Shown: positions 9,548 to 19,801 of the stretch, piece by piece
Layout: the number at the start of each line of letters is the position of its first letter
How positions within the stretch are numbered: position 1 is the stretch's first letter
Origin: Candidatus Latescibacterota bacterium
GTDB lineage: Bacteria; Latescibacterota; UBA2968
NCBI GenBank assembly: GCA_965204375.1
Contig: OZ241986.1
Coordinates: 5,024,001 to 5,088,000, forward strand
Direction of reading: 5' to 3'
Length of the DNA stretch: 64,000 nucleotides
Program-made: the position numbers and the translations under genes
The notes under the pieces: generated by a model
Databases searched by the model: none
Told to the model about the DNA's origin: nothing
What the model saw: the letters and a program-made list of their open reading frames with translations, nothing else

Positions 9548-9621
9548 TGGTTGCCCCCCAGGGATTCGAACCCCGATTCTACGGTCCAGAGCCGCATGTC
9601 TTGCCATTAGACGAGGGGGCA
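9548..9621 (-). tRNA. tRNA-Gln(CTG)
   Basis: TGCCCCC acceptor stem, anticodon loop ct-CTG-ga, GGTTCGAATCC T-arm, encoded CCA. Confidence 0.95.
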
Positions 9622-9658
9622 AAAATATATAATTAAAGTTTCGGAATAGCACGCACCA

Positions 9659-11080
9659 TTATGAACCCAAAACCTCCAGTGCCTTTTTCAGCCGGCGAAT
9701 ACAGGTTTCCCGCCCGAGCACAGCCATCAGTTCAAACAACCCCGGTCCAAACCCAACGCCGCAAAGCGCGAGCCGCGTGGGATGAATGAGCCTGGAAGCC
9801 GAAATCCCCAATTCACCAGATAGTGTGCGCGTCACACCCTCGATATCGCCTTCACCAAACGAATCCAAATCCTGCAAGCGTTCAATCATCAACTGAACGC
9901 GCTCGGGGGTATCCGTCTTCCAGTTCTTCTTAGCCGTCTTTGCATCATACGCCTCCGGATCCACAAAAAAATAACCCGTATGCTTCAAATCCTGAAGCGT
10001 ATGCAACCGCGGCTGCAACAACGCCGCAATCTTCATCAACTCATCCCGCCGCTCAGAAGCCTCTGCCTCCGTAAGCCACCCCTCCGCAACCCAAATCGGT
10101 ATCGCATCATCCAGAACCGCATCCACCGGACGAAGACGCATATGCTCGCCATTGAGCCAGACCAACTTCTTCTCATCAAAAATCGCATCTCGCTTGAGCA
10201 ACCCCGCAACAGAAAACGCCCCGGTCAGTTCATCTTGCGCAAACACTTCGCGCTCATCCCCGGGTGCCCATCCCAACAGCGCGAGATAATTGAACATCGC
10301 ATCCGACAAAAACCCCCGCTCACGATACTCCGAAATCGTCGTCGCGCCGTGACGCTTGGACAACTTGCTGCCATCGGGACCCAAAATCAGCGTCGAATGT
10401 CCATACTCCGGCACCATCCACGAAAGCGCCTCAAACAGCATAATCTGCTTCGGTGTATTCGACAAATGATCCGCAGACCGCAACACCAGATTCACGCCCA
10501 TATCGTGATCATCCACCACCACCGCGAGATTGTAAACAGGCGAACCATCGGGCCGCAACAAAACAAAATCTTCCACCTCAGCATTATCCCAACGCTGCAC
10601 ACCCCGAATGCGATCGTGCCAGACCGTCTCACCCGCAGGCACCTTAAACCGCACGACCTTTGGCCGTTCCTCGGCCTCATAAGCCGCCTGCTGTTCGGGC
10701 GTCAAATCCCGATTATAGCGTACGCGCCGCTTCTCTATCTGCGCCTGCCTGCGCATCGCATCGAGTTCTTCGGCAGTCTCATAGCCGTAATACGCATGAC
10801 CCGTCTCCACCAGACGCTCCGCGGCCTGCTTATGCGCCTCGGCATTGCGCGACTGAAACACTGGCTCGGCGTCAAAATCAACACCGAGCCAGTTCAAACC
10901 GTCCAGAATCGTCTGAAGCGACGACTCTGTAAAACGCTCTCGATCTGTATCTTCCACGCGCAACAGCAACTTTGCCTTATAGTGCTTCGCGTAAAGATGA
11001 TTAAAAATCGCCGTTCGCGCATTCCCCACGTGAAACCCACCAGTGGGAGACGGCGCAAAACGCAAAACCGTGTCTGACAT
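9659..11080 (-). CDS. gltX: Glutamate--tRNA ligase
   Basis: RFAPSPTG.FHVGN (HIGH) and KLSKRHG (KMSKS). Confidence 0.97.
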   Translation of the reverse strand: MSDTVLRFAPSPTGGFHVGNARTAIFNHLYAKHYKAKLLLRVEDTDRERFTESSLQTILDGLNWLGVDFDAEPVFQSRNAEAHKQAAERLVETGHAYYGYETAEELDAMRRQAQIEKRRVRYNRDLTPEQQAAYEAEERPKVVRFKVPAGETVWHDRIRGVQRWDNAEVEDFVLLRPDGSPVYNLAVVVDDHDMGVNLVLRSADHLSNTPKQIMLFEALSWMVPEYGHSTLILGPDGSKLSKRHGATTISEYRERGFLSDAMFNYLALLGWAPGDEREVFAQDELTGAFSVAGLLKRDAIFDEKKLVWLNGEHMRLRPVDAVLDDAIPIWVAEGWLTEAEASERRDELMKIAALLQPRLHTLQDLKHTGYFFVDPEAYDAKTAKKNWKTDTPERVQLMIERLQDLDSFGEGDIEGVTRTLSGELGISASRLIHPTRLALCGVGFGPGLFELMAVLGRETCIRRLKKALEVLGS

Positions 11081-11113
11081 CTAAAATAACCTATTAATTA
11101 ACCGCTTATTTTT

Positions 11114-11205
<92 letters not shown>

Positions 11206-11253
11206 GCTCTAAAAAAGAACCACCGAAAAGTAACAAAGGACGTGTGTAAATGC

Positions 11254-11338
11254 AAGTTAGAAGTGAGAAGTAAGAAGTGAGAAACCCCGCCCAACCGCCC
11301 AAAGGCGGGTGCTTCTTCACCCTTCATCCTTCACACTT
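11254..11338. repeat. Heptamer-armed palindromic element
   Basis: (AAGTGAG)n-like arm, core CCCCGCCCAACC..AAAGGCGGGTGC, degenerate (CTTCACA)n arm. Confidence 0.8.
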
Positions 11339-11342
11339 AATA

Positions 11343-11430
11343 TGGCGGTGGGGGTGGGATTCGAACCCACGGACCCGCGAGGGTCAACGGTTTTCAAGAC
11401 CGCCCGATTCGACCGCTCTCGCACCCCACC
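11343..11430 (-). tRNA. tRNA-Ser(TGA)
   Basis: GGTGGGG acceptor stem, ct-TGA-aa anticodon loop, long variable arm, CCA. Confidence 0.95.
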
Positions 11431-11624
11431 ACATCGCCCGAAAAGTATAGACAAGCGCCCCATCTGTGTCAAGCGGTTTGTATCAACTCATCGCAACCAC
11501 ACTTAAATTCTGTTTTTCTTTTATTTATCAATCAAACATCCAATAATCTCCGCTGCTTACATCCGCCAAAAAAGGGTTTGCGTTGCCCGTGCCCTTCCTG
11601 TATTTTTAGGCACAAACTTGTAAC

Positions 11625-13244
11625 ATGACCCAGAAAATCTCACACCGCGCGTACGACCTCGCATCCTCCCCTATGATTGAGCTTATCACCGGCTCCCAGA
11701 TGGCATCCATTGACCGTCGGGCAATTGACAGTGGTGTGCCGGGCATAGAACTCATGGAAGCCGCAGGTCAGGGTGTAACCCGGGTAGTAGAAAACCTGTT
11801 GGGCGAACTCCAAAACCGGCACATCGTCATCCTGTGTGGCAAAGGCAACAATGGTGGCGACGGTTTTGTCGTTGCCAGACAAGCTGCCCAAAGCGGTGCA
11901 AAAGTCCAGGTATTCACAGCCACATCCGCCCGGGAAATAACAGGCGATGCAAAAACCAACCTCGACCGACTGTCTCCGGACATCGTGCAGCCGGTTGATC
12001 GCATCGCAACAGTACAAAACGCGTTGACCAATGCCGACATCGCCGTTGACGCGCTTTTAGGCACGGGTATTCAAGGACCTCCTCGCGGCATATACGCCGA
12101 ACTTATAGACGCACTCACCCGCGCCAAATGCCCCATCGTCGCCGTGGATATACCCTCTGGACTCGACGCCGATACGGGCCAAATCGAAGGACCCTGTGCA
12201 ACCGCAACGTGCACGGTCACATTTGCACTGCCCCGCATTGGACACTTCTTCTATCCCGGACGCGCCCGGTGCGGCAAATTGCACCTCATCGACATCGGGA
12301 TACCCCCCTCGGCGATTGAGCGCGAACGCATCAGTACCTACCTGATCGACAACCGCCGCTGCGCTCACCTGCTCCCCCAACGGGAACCCGACGCACACAA
12401 AGGAGATTGCGGCAGAGTATATATCCTCGCCGGATCTGTGGGACTCACAGGCGCGGCGGCACTCTCGGCAAACGCGGCACTCAAAGGAGGCGCGGGCCTC
12501 GTCACACTCGGCGTACCCAAAAGCCTCAACGACATACTCGAAACCAAAGTCACAGAAGCAATGACCCACCCGTTACCCGAAGTCAAAAAAGTCAGATGCC
12601 TGTCCCTGCGCGCCCGGGGCGAAATACAACGCGCCTGTCGCACAGCAGACAGCATGGCCATTGGACCGGGCTTAGGGACCCATCGAGAAACCGTCGAACT
12701 CATCCGCCGCCTCGTGCGCGACTGCGTTTGTCCCGCAGTCATCGACGCCGACGCCCTCAATGCCCTCGCCGGAGACCTCGATGTGATCCGTGCCTGTGAA
12801 ACATCCCTGGTACTCACCCCGCACATCGGGGAATTTGCGCGCCTGACCGGATACAGCATTGCCGAAATACAACGCGACCCCATAGTACGCGCCATAGAAT
12901 TTGCCTCCGATGTCGGAGCTACCATCGTCCTGAAAGGCGCGCCAACCATCGTCGCAACGCCAGAAGGCGAAACGCACATCAACCCGACCGGCAACCCGGG
13001 AATGGCCACCGGCGGCACAGGAGACGTACTCACGGGCCTACTGGCCGCACTCATCGGTCAGGGACTCAACACCTCAGACGCCGCATGCACAGCTGTCTAT
13101 CTCCACGGCCTTGCCGCTGACATCGCAGAGAAAAAAACGGGACACATAAGCCTCATCGCCAGTGACATCATCGAAAACTTTGCCGCTGCTATACATCAGA
13201 TACGCAGCAGCACAGGCTGTTTTGATTTGCACCTTACCACCTGA
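11625..13244 (+). CDS. nnr: Bifunctional NAD(P)H-hydrate epimerase/dehydratase (start may be 11673)
   Basis: LMEAAG, CGKGNNGGDG, DIPSG, HKGDCG, GPGLG, TPHIGE, ATGGTGDVLTG. Confidence 0.95.
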   Translation: MTQKISHRAYDLASSPMIELITGSQMASIDRRAIDSGVPGIELMEAAGQGVTRVVENLLGELQNRHIVILCGKGNNGGDGFVVARQAAQSGAKVQVFTATSAREITGDAKTNLDRLSPDIVQPVDRIATVQNALTNADIAVDALLGTGIQGPPRGIYAELIDALTRAKCPIVAVDIPSGLDADTGQIEGPCATATCTVTFALPRIGHFFYPGRARCGKLHLIDIGIPPSAIERERISTYLIDNRRCAHLLPQREPDAHKGDCGRVYILAGSVGLTGAAALSANAALKGGAGLVTLGVPKSLNDILETKVTEAMTHPLPEVKKVRCLSLRARGEIQRACRTADSMAIGPGLGTHRETVELIRRLVRDCVCPAVIDADALNALAGDLDVIRACETSLVLTPHIGEFARLTGYSIAEIQRDPIVRAIEFASDVGATIVLKGAPTIVATPEGETHINPTGNPGMATGGTGDVLTGLLAALIGQGLNTSDAACTAVYLHGLAADIAEKKTGHISLIASDIIENFAAAIHQIRSSTGCFDLHLTT

Positions 13245-13262
13245 TTTTGGACCCTATTCCCA

Positions 13263-14711
13263 ATGCCCAAGCGAACCGACCTCAAAAAAATAATGCTCAT
13301 CGGCTCTGGTCCCATCGTCATCGGACAAGCCTGTGAATTTGACTACTCCGGCACGCAAGCCTGCAAAGCCCTCAAAGAAGAGGGATACGAAGTCGTACTG
13401 GTCAACAGCAACCCCGCCACCATCATGACCGACCCCGAAATGGCTGACCAGACTTATGTCGAACCCGTCACACCCGAAGTATGCGCGGCAATCATCGAAA
13501 AAGAACACCCGGATGCCCTCCTCCCAACCCTGGGCGGACAAACGGGCCTCAACACCGCCATGGCCCTGCACGAACAGGGAACACTCGAAAAATTCAATGT
13601 CGAAATGATCGGCGCAAAACCACACGCCATTGAAAAAGCGGAAAACCGCGAAGCCTTTCAAAAAGCCATGAATAAAATTGGCCTCGACTTTCCCAAAGGC
13701 CGATTCGCCTACACCCTCAAAGAAGCACTCGACATCACGGCTGAAATCGGATTTCCCGCCATCATCCGCCCATCCTACACCCTGGGCGGCACAGGCGCTG
13801 GCACCGCGTACAACATCGAAGAATTCAGACACGCTGCTGCACACGGACTAAGCCTATCGCCCACCTCTGAGATCCTCGTAGAAGAATCCATCATCGGCTG
13901 GAAAGAATTCGAGCTCGAAGTCATGCGCGACCAAAACGACAATGTCGTCATCATCTGCTCCATAGAAAACTTCGACCCCATGGGCGTACACACGGGCGAC
14001 TCTATCACCGTGGCACCGGCGCAAACGCTTACCGACAAAGAATATCAGGAAATGCGCGATGACGCCATCGCCTGCATCCGCGAAATCGGCGTGGAAACCG
14101 GCGGCTCCAACATCCAATTTGCTGTAGATCCCAACACGGGCCGGCGCGTCGTCATAGAAATGAACCCCCGCGTATCCCGCAGTTCTGCACTCGCCTCAAA
14201 AGCCACGGGCTTTCCCATAGCCAAGATAGCCGCCAAGCTCGCCATTGGATACACCCTGGACGAAATACAAAACGACATCACGCGCGAAACACCCGCCTCT
14301 TTTGAACCCACCATCGACTATTGCGTCATCAAAATCCCGCGCTGGACATTTGAAAAATTTCCCCAAACCGCTGATCTGTTGGGCACACAAATGAAATCAG
14401 TAGGTGAAACCATGGCCATAGGTCGAACGTTTAAAGAAGCATTGCAAAAAGGCTTGCGCTCTCTCGAAACTGGGCGCGCGGGATTTGGCGCCGACGGCAA
14501 AGACATCCATCCCAACACCCTCTCGCGCGAAGCCCTCGAACGCGGCCTGCGCGAACCCAACTCGCAGCGATTGGCCTATCTCAAAACGGCTTATGACGCG
14601 GGACTATCCGTACAGGAAATTTTTGACGCAACCAAAATTGACCCCTGGTTTCTCGACAACATGCGACAACTCGTCGAAGTAGAAAAAGAACTCGCCGCCC
14701 TGATGGACTAA
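13263..14711 (+). CDS. carB: Carbamoyl-phosphate synthase large subunit, N-terminal section
   Basis: [48 protein letters not shown]. Confidence 0.95.
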   Translation: MPKRTDLKKIMLIGSGPIVIGQACEFDYSGTQACKALKEEGYEVVLVNSNPATIMTDPEMADQTYVEPVTPEVCAAIIEKEHPDALLPTLGGQTGLNTAMALHEQGTLEKFNVEMIGAKPHAIEKAENREAFQKAMNKIGLDFPKGRFAYTLKEALDITAEIGFPAIIRPSYTLGGTGAGTAYNIEEFRHAAAHGLSLSPTSEILVEESIIGWKEFELEVMRDQNDNVVIICSIENFDPMGVHTGDSITVAPAQTLTDKEYQEMRDDAIACIREIGVETGGSNIQFAVDPNTGRRVVIEMNPRVSRSSALASKATGFPIAKIAAKLAIGYTLDEIQNDITRETPASFEPTIDYCVIKIPRWTFEKFPQTADLLGTQMKSVGETMAIGRTFKEALQKGLRSLETGRAGFGADGKDIHPNTLSREALERGLREPNSQRLAYLKTAYDAGLSVQEIFDATKIDPWFLDNMRQLVEVEKELAALMD

Positions 14712-14713
14712 CC

Positions 14714-16537
14714 ATGACAAAACAGCACACACTCAACGACTTAAAATCGCGCATCACGCGCGCAGACCTGCTCAAAGCCAAACGATATGGCTTTTCCGAC
14801 CGCCAACTGGCACACCTGTGGCGCAGTGACGAATGGGCTGTTCGCGCCCTGCGAAAAGAACTCGGCGTCGCACCCGTATTCAAAACCGTAGATACCTGCG
14901 CGGCCGAGTTTGAAGCCTATACACCGTATCACTATTCGACTTATGAGACAGACAACGAAGCCATCCGATCCGACCGCCAAAAAATCATGATCCTGGGCGG
15001 CGGTCCCAATCGCATTGGACAGGGTATTGAATTCGACTATTGTTGTTGCCACGCCTCCTATGCCCTCAAAGAAGACGGATTTGAGACCATCATGGTCAAC
15101 TCCAACCCCGAAACTGTCTCCACCGACTACGACACATCCGACAAACTCTACTTTGAACCGCTCACTGCCGAAGACGTACTCAGCATTGCCGACGTTGAAC
15201 AACCCGACGGCGTCATCGTTCAATTCGGCGGACAAACACCGCTCAACCTCGCGCGCGACCTCGAACGCGGGGGCCTCAACATCGCCGGCACATCGCCCGA
15301 CGCCATCGACCTGGCCGAAGACCGCAAGCGCTTTGGCGCACTCATCAAAGAACTGGGCATACGACAACCCGAAAACGGCACCGCAGTAAGCACCGACGAA
15401 GCAATCGCCATAGCCGAACAAATCGGATATCCGGTCCTCGTGCGCCCCTCTTACGTACTCGGTGGCCGCGCAATGGCAATCGTATATGACCGCGAAGCCC
15501 TCATCGCCTATATGCGCAATGCCATAGAAGCCTCTCCCGAGCGGCCCATCCTCATCGACCGATTTTTAGAAGACGCACACGAATTTGACGTCGATGCCGT
15601 AGCAGATCCAACAGCAGTCGTCATCGGCGGCATCATGCAACACATCGAAAGTGCGGGCGTACACTCTGGCGACAGCGCCTGCGTCTTGCCCCCTTATCAG
15701 ATCTCCAACACCAACCTCAATGAACTGCGAAATCACACCCACGCCCTGGCCAGAGCACTCAATGTCGTTGGCCTCATGAACATTCAGTTTGCCATTCAAG
15801 GCGAAGACGTATTTATTATAGAAGTCAACCCCAGAGCATCGCGCACAGTGCCCTTTGTCAGCAAAGCCATTGGCGTGCCCCTTGCCAAAGTCGCTGTCCG
15901 CGCAATGGTCGGGCGCACACTTGTAGAACAGGACTTTACCCGGGAAGTACCCATCAACCACATTGCCGTCAAAGAAGCCGTCTTGCCCTTTAACAAATTT
16001 CCCGGCGTTGACACCGTTCTCGGTCCCGAAATGAAATCCACCGGCGAAGTCATGGGCATAGACACCGACTTTGGCCTCAGCTTCCAAAAAGCGCAACTCG
16101 GCGCAGGTGTGCGCTTGCCCCAGGAGGGAACCGTATTTTTAAGCGTCAATGACCTCGACAAAGAAGGACTTGTACCCATTGCCCAACAACTATCCGACAT
16201 GGACTTTCGCCTCATTGCCACAGGGGGAACCTGCGCATTTCTAAAAAGTCACAACATCGCCTGTAATCGGATCTTCAAAATTCAGGAAGGGCGCCCAAAC
16301 ATCCTCGACGCCATCAAAAATGGCGAAATATCTCTCATGATCAACACGCCCGCAGGAGAACAATCCCAGGCCGCCGACCCTGAAATCCGCAAAGCCGCCG
16401 TTCAATACGGCCTGCCCTACACAACCACCTTATCGGGAGCCGCCGCCGCTGTTGCCGGCATCCAATCGCTCAAAAACAACAGCGCAATTCGCATCCGTTC
16501 ACTCCAGGACTTTCATAAAGTAAGAAGTAAGAAGTGA
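14714..16537 (+). CDS. carB: Carbamoyl-phosphate synthase large subunit, C-terminal section
   Basis: AKRYGFSD, KTVDTCAAEF, GGGPNRIGQGIEFDY, EVNPRASRTVPF, MGS domain. Confidence 0.95.
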   Translation: MTKQHTLNDLKSRITRADLLKAKRYGFSDRQLAHLWRSDEWAVRALRKELGVAPVFKTVDTCAAEFEAYTPYHYSTYETDNEAIRSDRQKIMILGGGPNRIGQGIEFDYCCCHASYALKEDGFETIMVNSNPETVSTDYDTSDKLYFEPLTAEDVLSIADVEQPDGVIVQFGGQTPLNLARDLERGGLNIAGTSPDAIDLAEDRKRFGALIKELGIRQPENGTAVSTDEAIAIAEQIGYPVLVRPSYVLGGRAMAIVYDREALIAYMRNAIEASPERPILIDRFLEDAHEFDVDAVADPTAVVIGGIMQHIESAGVHSGDSACVLPPYQISNTNLNELRNHTHALARALNVVGLMNIQFAIQGEDVFIIEVNPRASRTVPFVSKAIGVPLAKVAVRAMVGRTLVEQDFTREVPINHIAVKEAVLPFNKFPGVDTVLGPEMKSTGEVMGIDTDFGLSFQKAQLGAGVRLPQEGTVFLSVNDLDKEGLVPIAQQLSDMDFRLIATGGTCAFLKSHNIACNRIFKIQEGRPNILDAIKNGEISLMINTPAGEQSQAADPEIRKAAVQYGLPYTTTLSGAAAAVAGIQSLKNNSAIRIRSLQDFHKVRSKK

Positions 16538-16705
16538 GAAGTGAGAAGGCCCCGCCCAACCTCTCAAAGGCTGGTGCTCCTTCACACTTCCTACTTCACA
16601 CTTCACACTTCACACTTCACACTTCACACTTCACACTTCACACTTCACACTTCACACTTCACACTTCACACTTCACACTTCACACTTCACACTTCACACT
16701 TCACT
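16518..16705. repeat. Heptamer-armed element with an expanded (CTTCACA)n arm (15 perfect copies, 16594-16698)
   Basis: Directly visible tandem repeat; core CCCCGCCCAAC..AAAGGCTGGTGC. Confidence 0.95.
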
Positions 16706-18826
16706 ATGTCTCGTCTCATCTACATCGCGTCCCTCTGCTTCCTCTGTCTGGCATCCTGCAAAAGCGTGTATTACAACACCTTTTACAATGCCAAACAACA
16801 GTACAATATCGCCGAGCAAAAACGCGTCGAATCCCAAACCCCCGGCAGCCGGATAACGCCTGCGACCTATAACGCGCTCTACCAGCGGGCCATTGTCAAA
16901 GCATCCATCGTGCTCAAATACTTTCCCGATAGCAAATGGTTCGACGACAGCTTGCTACTCATCGGCAAAGCGTCTTATTGGCGCGAAGATTACACCGAAG
17001 CACTGACCAAATTTCAAGAACTGCAACAACTCTTCCCCCAAAGCGAACTAATCCCCGAAACGCGCTACTGGCAGGGCCTCGCACTCTGGGCAATGAACCG
17101 CACCAATGAAGCGCGGACTACATTTTCTCTTTTTGATAAAAAAATCAATCCCGAATTGTACGGTCTATCAAATCTGGCACTCGCGGAAATGGAAGCCTCA
17201 CAGGGCAATAAAGAAGAGGCGATCATATCCTATAAAGCACTGCTCGAAACACTCGACAAAAAGCACAAATTGCGCGCGCGCGCCTGGCAAGGCGTGGGCA
17301 ATAACCTTCTCGAATTGAACCGATACGACGAAGCACTTGAAGCCTACGAAAACGTGCTAAAATCAAAACCCGATACCAGGACAAATTTTGAAACCCGCGT
17401 CAAAATTGGCGAAACCCTCGAGCGCCAGCAGAAATACGATGAGGCACTGGACGCGTACCAAAAAATATTAAAAATCAAACGGCTTCGCATTTACGAAGCC
17501 GAAATCCGCCTCAAACAGGCGCGTATATATCAACTGAAAGATCAGGTTGAAACTGCGGAAGAAATCTACAATGACGTCGGGAAAAAATACCCCCGCAGCG
17601 AATACAGCGCAGCAGCTTTTTATCGTCTGGGCCTCATCGAACAAAAATCGCGTAAAAACCTGGAAACAGCCAAAGAACTATTCGAAAAAGCCGTTCGCGA
17701 AGATCGAAGTTCAGATGAGGGCACACTGGCTTTACAACGGCAAAAAGATCTCGTAGCACTCGAACGCTATACCAAACAAGCCGAGAAAGTCGAAGACCCG
17801 CAAAAAGCACTGGGCCCGCTTTTTGATCTCGCCGAATTATACCTCTTTAATCTCGGCGAACCCGATTCTGCCCTGAGTATTTATCAGCGCGTATTGAGCC
17901 TGACCGACACGACTGACCTGGCACCCAGGGTGCGTTATGCCATTGGACTTATTTATGCCGACAGCCTGAAAAATGAAACCGCAGCGCGCGAACAATTCCA
18001 ACTGCTCCTCGACCAATATCCCAATACCTCTTATGCCGTTGAAGCTCGGACGCGCCTCAATCAAAAACACGCCGATGATGCCCTGGCAGAAACGCGATTT
18101 TTAGACGCTGAAAACCGCATCGCAGAAGGCACACCCACACGGGATATTTTACCCATCTATCAACAAATAGCCGACGAATATCCCAACAGCCTCTTTGCCC
18201 CAAAGGCACTTTTTGCCCTCGCCTGGACCTACGAAAATGACCTGGACCAACGCGAACAGGCAAAAACTGTTTACGAACAAGTGCAGGAGCGATATCCCCT
18301 CACACAATACGGCAAAATTGCAACCGACAAACTCAAGGGCAAATTTCTCGACCCTCCGCCCGAGCCAGCAGACTCCACCCAAACACAACCGTCTGATACC
18401 CAGTCAGATACAACGCGGTCAGATACAACGGAGATTCAACCCGACACAATACAGACGAGAACACAAAAAATAACCCGAACACAAAAAACAGTCTCCCCAA
18501 AACCCGCCTTCAAACCCGATGTCATTATCGGAGGCGGTATCATGGAAGCCGTAGATGCCGATGAAGAACCTCAAATTTTAGAAGAAATCGAACCCGAATA
18601 CCCCGAAGAAGCCAGAGCCGAAGGCAAACCCGTCACTGTCTTCTTGCGCTTGCTCATCTTAAAAAACGGCAACGTGGGCGAAGTCCACGTAATTTCGGGA
18701 CCCGAACTATTTCACAGCGCCGCAGTGGAAGCAGCAAAACAATACACCTTTGAACCCGGCATACACGAAGACGCGCCGCGCGACATGTGGATAGACATAT
18801 CCATCTACTTTGAACCGCCAGAGTAA
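16706..18826 (+). CDS. TPR-repeat lipoprotein with C-terminal TonB domain
   Basis: Lipobox CLASC; YYNTFYNA and many TPRs; PEYPEEARAEG..V....LI..GNV..V...SG....AAVEAAKQYTFEPG is a TonB_C signature. Confidence 0.8.
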   Translation: MSRLIYIASLCFLCLASCKSVYYNTFYNAKQQYNIAEQKRVESQTPGSRITPATYNALYQRAIVKASIVLKYFPDSKWFDDSLLLIGKASYWREDYTEALTKFQELQQLFPQSELIPETRYWQGLALWAMNRTNEARTTFSLFDKKINPELYGLSNLALAEMEASQGNKEEAIISYKALLETLDKKHKLRARAWQGVGNNLLELNRYDEALEAYENVLKSKPDTRTNFETRVKIGETLERQQKYDEALDAYQKILKIKRLRIYEAEIRLKQARIYQLKDQVETAEEIYNDVGKKYPRSEYSAAAFYRLGLIEQKSRKNLETAKELFEKAVREDRSSDEGTLALQRQKDLVALERYTKQAEKVEDPQKALGPLFDLAELYLFNLGEPDSALSIYQRVLSLTDTTDLAPRVRYAIGLIYADSLKNETAAREQFQLLLDQYPNTSYAVEARTRLNQKHADDALAETRFLDAENRIAEGTPTRDILPIYQQIADEYPNSLFAPKALFALAWTYENDLDQREQAKTVYEQVQERYPLTQYGKIATDKLKGKFLDPPPEPADSTQTQPSDTQSDTTRSDTTEIQPDTIQTRTQKITRTQKTVSPKPAFKPDVIIGGGIMEAVDADEEPQILEEIEPEYPEEARAEGKPVTVFLRLLILKNGNVGEVHVISGPELFHSAAVEAAKQYTFEPGIHEDAPRDMWIDISIYFEPPE

Positions 18827-18828
18827 CA

Positions 18829-19629
18829 ATGCCCGAAATCCCAAACTTCATCTCCGAAACAGCTATTGTCAAAAAAAATGAACCCATCGCACAGGGCATC
18901 TACCTCATGCGCCTGCACGCGCCCCGGCTTGCAACCGCCTCTCGCCCGGCGCAATTTCTGCAAATCCTGACTGATCCCGGCCTATCGCCATATCTTCGCC
19001 GACCCTTCAGCGTATTGCGCGCAGACCGCAAAGCCGGATGGCTCGACCTCATCTACGACGTCATCGGTCCCGGCACCGAGCGCTTATCCCATGCCCAATG
19101 CGGCGACCAATTTGACGTCAGCGGACCGCTGGGCAACCCTTTTGCCCCCCCGAAAACCAAACGCATCCTCCTCGTCGCCGGTGGCGTCGGCCTCGTCCCC
19201 CTCGCATTTTTGGCGTGGGAACACCCCGACCGCCGTCCCGACATGATCTACCTCATGGGCGCGGCAAATGCCGCGCGCCTGCCCGACATGTCCGCACTCT
19301 TACCCGCAGATCTACCCCTCCACATCGCCACTGATGACGGTAGCGTGGGACACCGCGGATTTGTCACAGAACGCATTGCCGAACACACCCTCCCAAACCA
19401 CACCACCATCCTCACCTGTGGTCCCCATCCCATGATGGCGCGCGTAGCCGACATCGCCGCCGAATTAAACACCCCCTGTTTTGCCTCCCTCGAAAACCAC
19501 ATGGCCTGCGGTTTTGGCGCCTGTGTCGGATGCGTGGTCGAATACAAAACCTATCCCACCGAAGACCGCCGCTATCGCTGCGTCTGCCTCGAAGGACCCG
19601 TCGTCAACGCCCACGAAATTGTGTGGTAA
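18829..19629 (+). CDS. pyrK: Dihydroorotate dehydrogenase electron transfer subunit
   Basis: LRRPFS, GPLGN, VAGGVG, TDDGSVG, CGPHPMM, MACGFGACVGC, VCLEGPV. Confidence 0.92.
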   Translation: MPEIPNFISETAIVKKNEPIAQGIYLMRLHAPRLATASRPAQFLQILTDPGLSPYLRRPFSVLRADRKAGWLDLIYDVIGPGTERLSHAQCGDQFDVSGPLGNPFAPPKTKRILLVAGGVGLVPLAFLAWEHPDRRPDMIYLMGAANAARLPDMSALLPADLPLHIATDDGSVGHRGFVTERIAEHTLPNHTTILTCGPHPMMARVADIAAELNTPCFASLENHMACGFGACVGCVVEYKTYPTEDRRYRCVCLEGPVVNAHEIVW

Positions 19630-19801
19630 AAGCGGGTATAGTCCATTGACTTTTTGCTGTGATCGCATATCTTCATCACAAGAAGCCAATCCCTATCCGG
19701 AACACCTGAATCTCAAGCGACCACACCTTCGGATAATATCCATTGGGGCATTGCTTATCTGCGCGAAGACCTGCGCCTGCTGACAAAATACAGAGGGAAC
19801 C

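Larger units (their letters stand above)
5985..9556. mobile_element. tRNA-Gln-integrated islet (no integrase inside)
   Basis: 17-bp direct repeat AAAAAAATTGGTTGCCC at 5985-6001 and 9540-9556 equals the tRNA 3' end plus its T-tail. Confidence 0.6.

Noticed and set aside
9980-11077. Long antisense ORFs (also 29355..30365, 31995..33386, 46900..48018, 52373..53398)
   Set aside because: Shadows of clear genes on the opposite strand, without motifs
16534-16872. ORFs with LHTSHFT repeats (16534..16872 and the N-terminal extension from 16541)
   Set aside because: These are translations of the heptamer repeat; the signal peptide starts at 16706
19700-19800. Possible Mrr N-terminal remnant (DNIHWGIAYLRE)
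   Set aside because: Only about 20 codons; cannot be supported without a search
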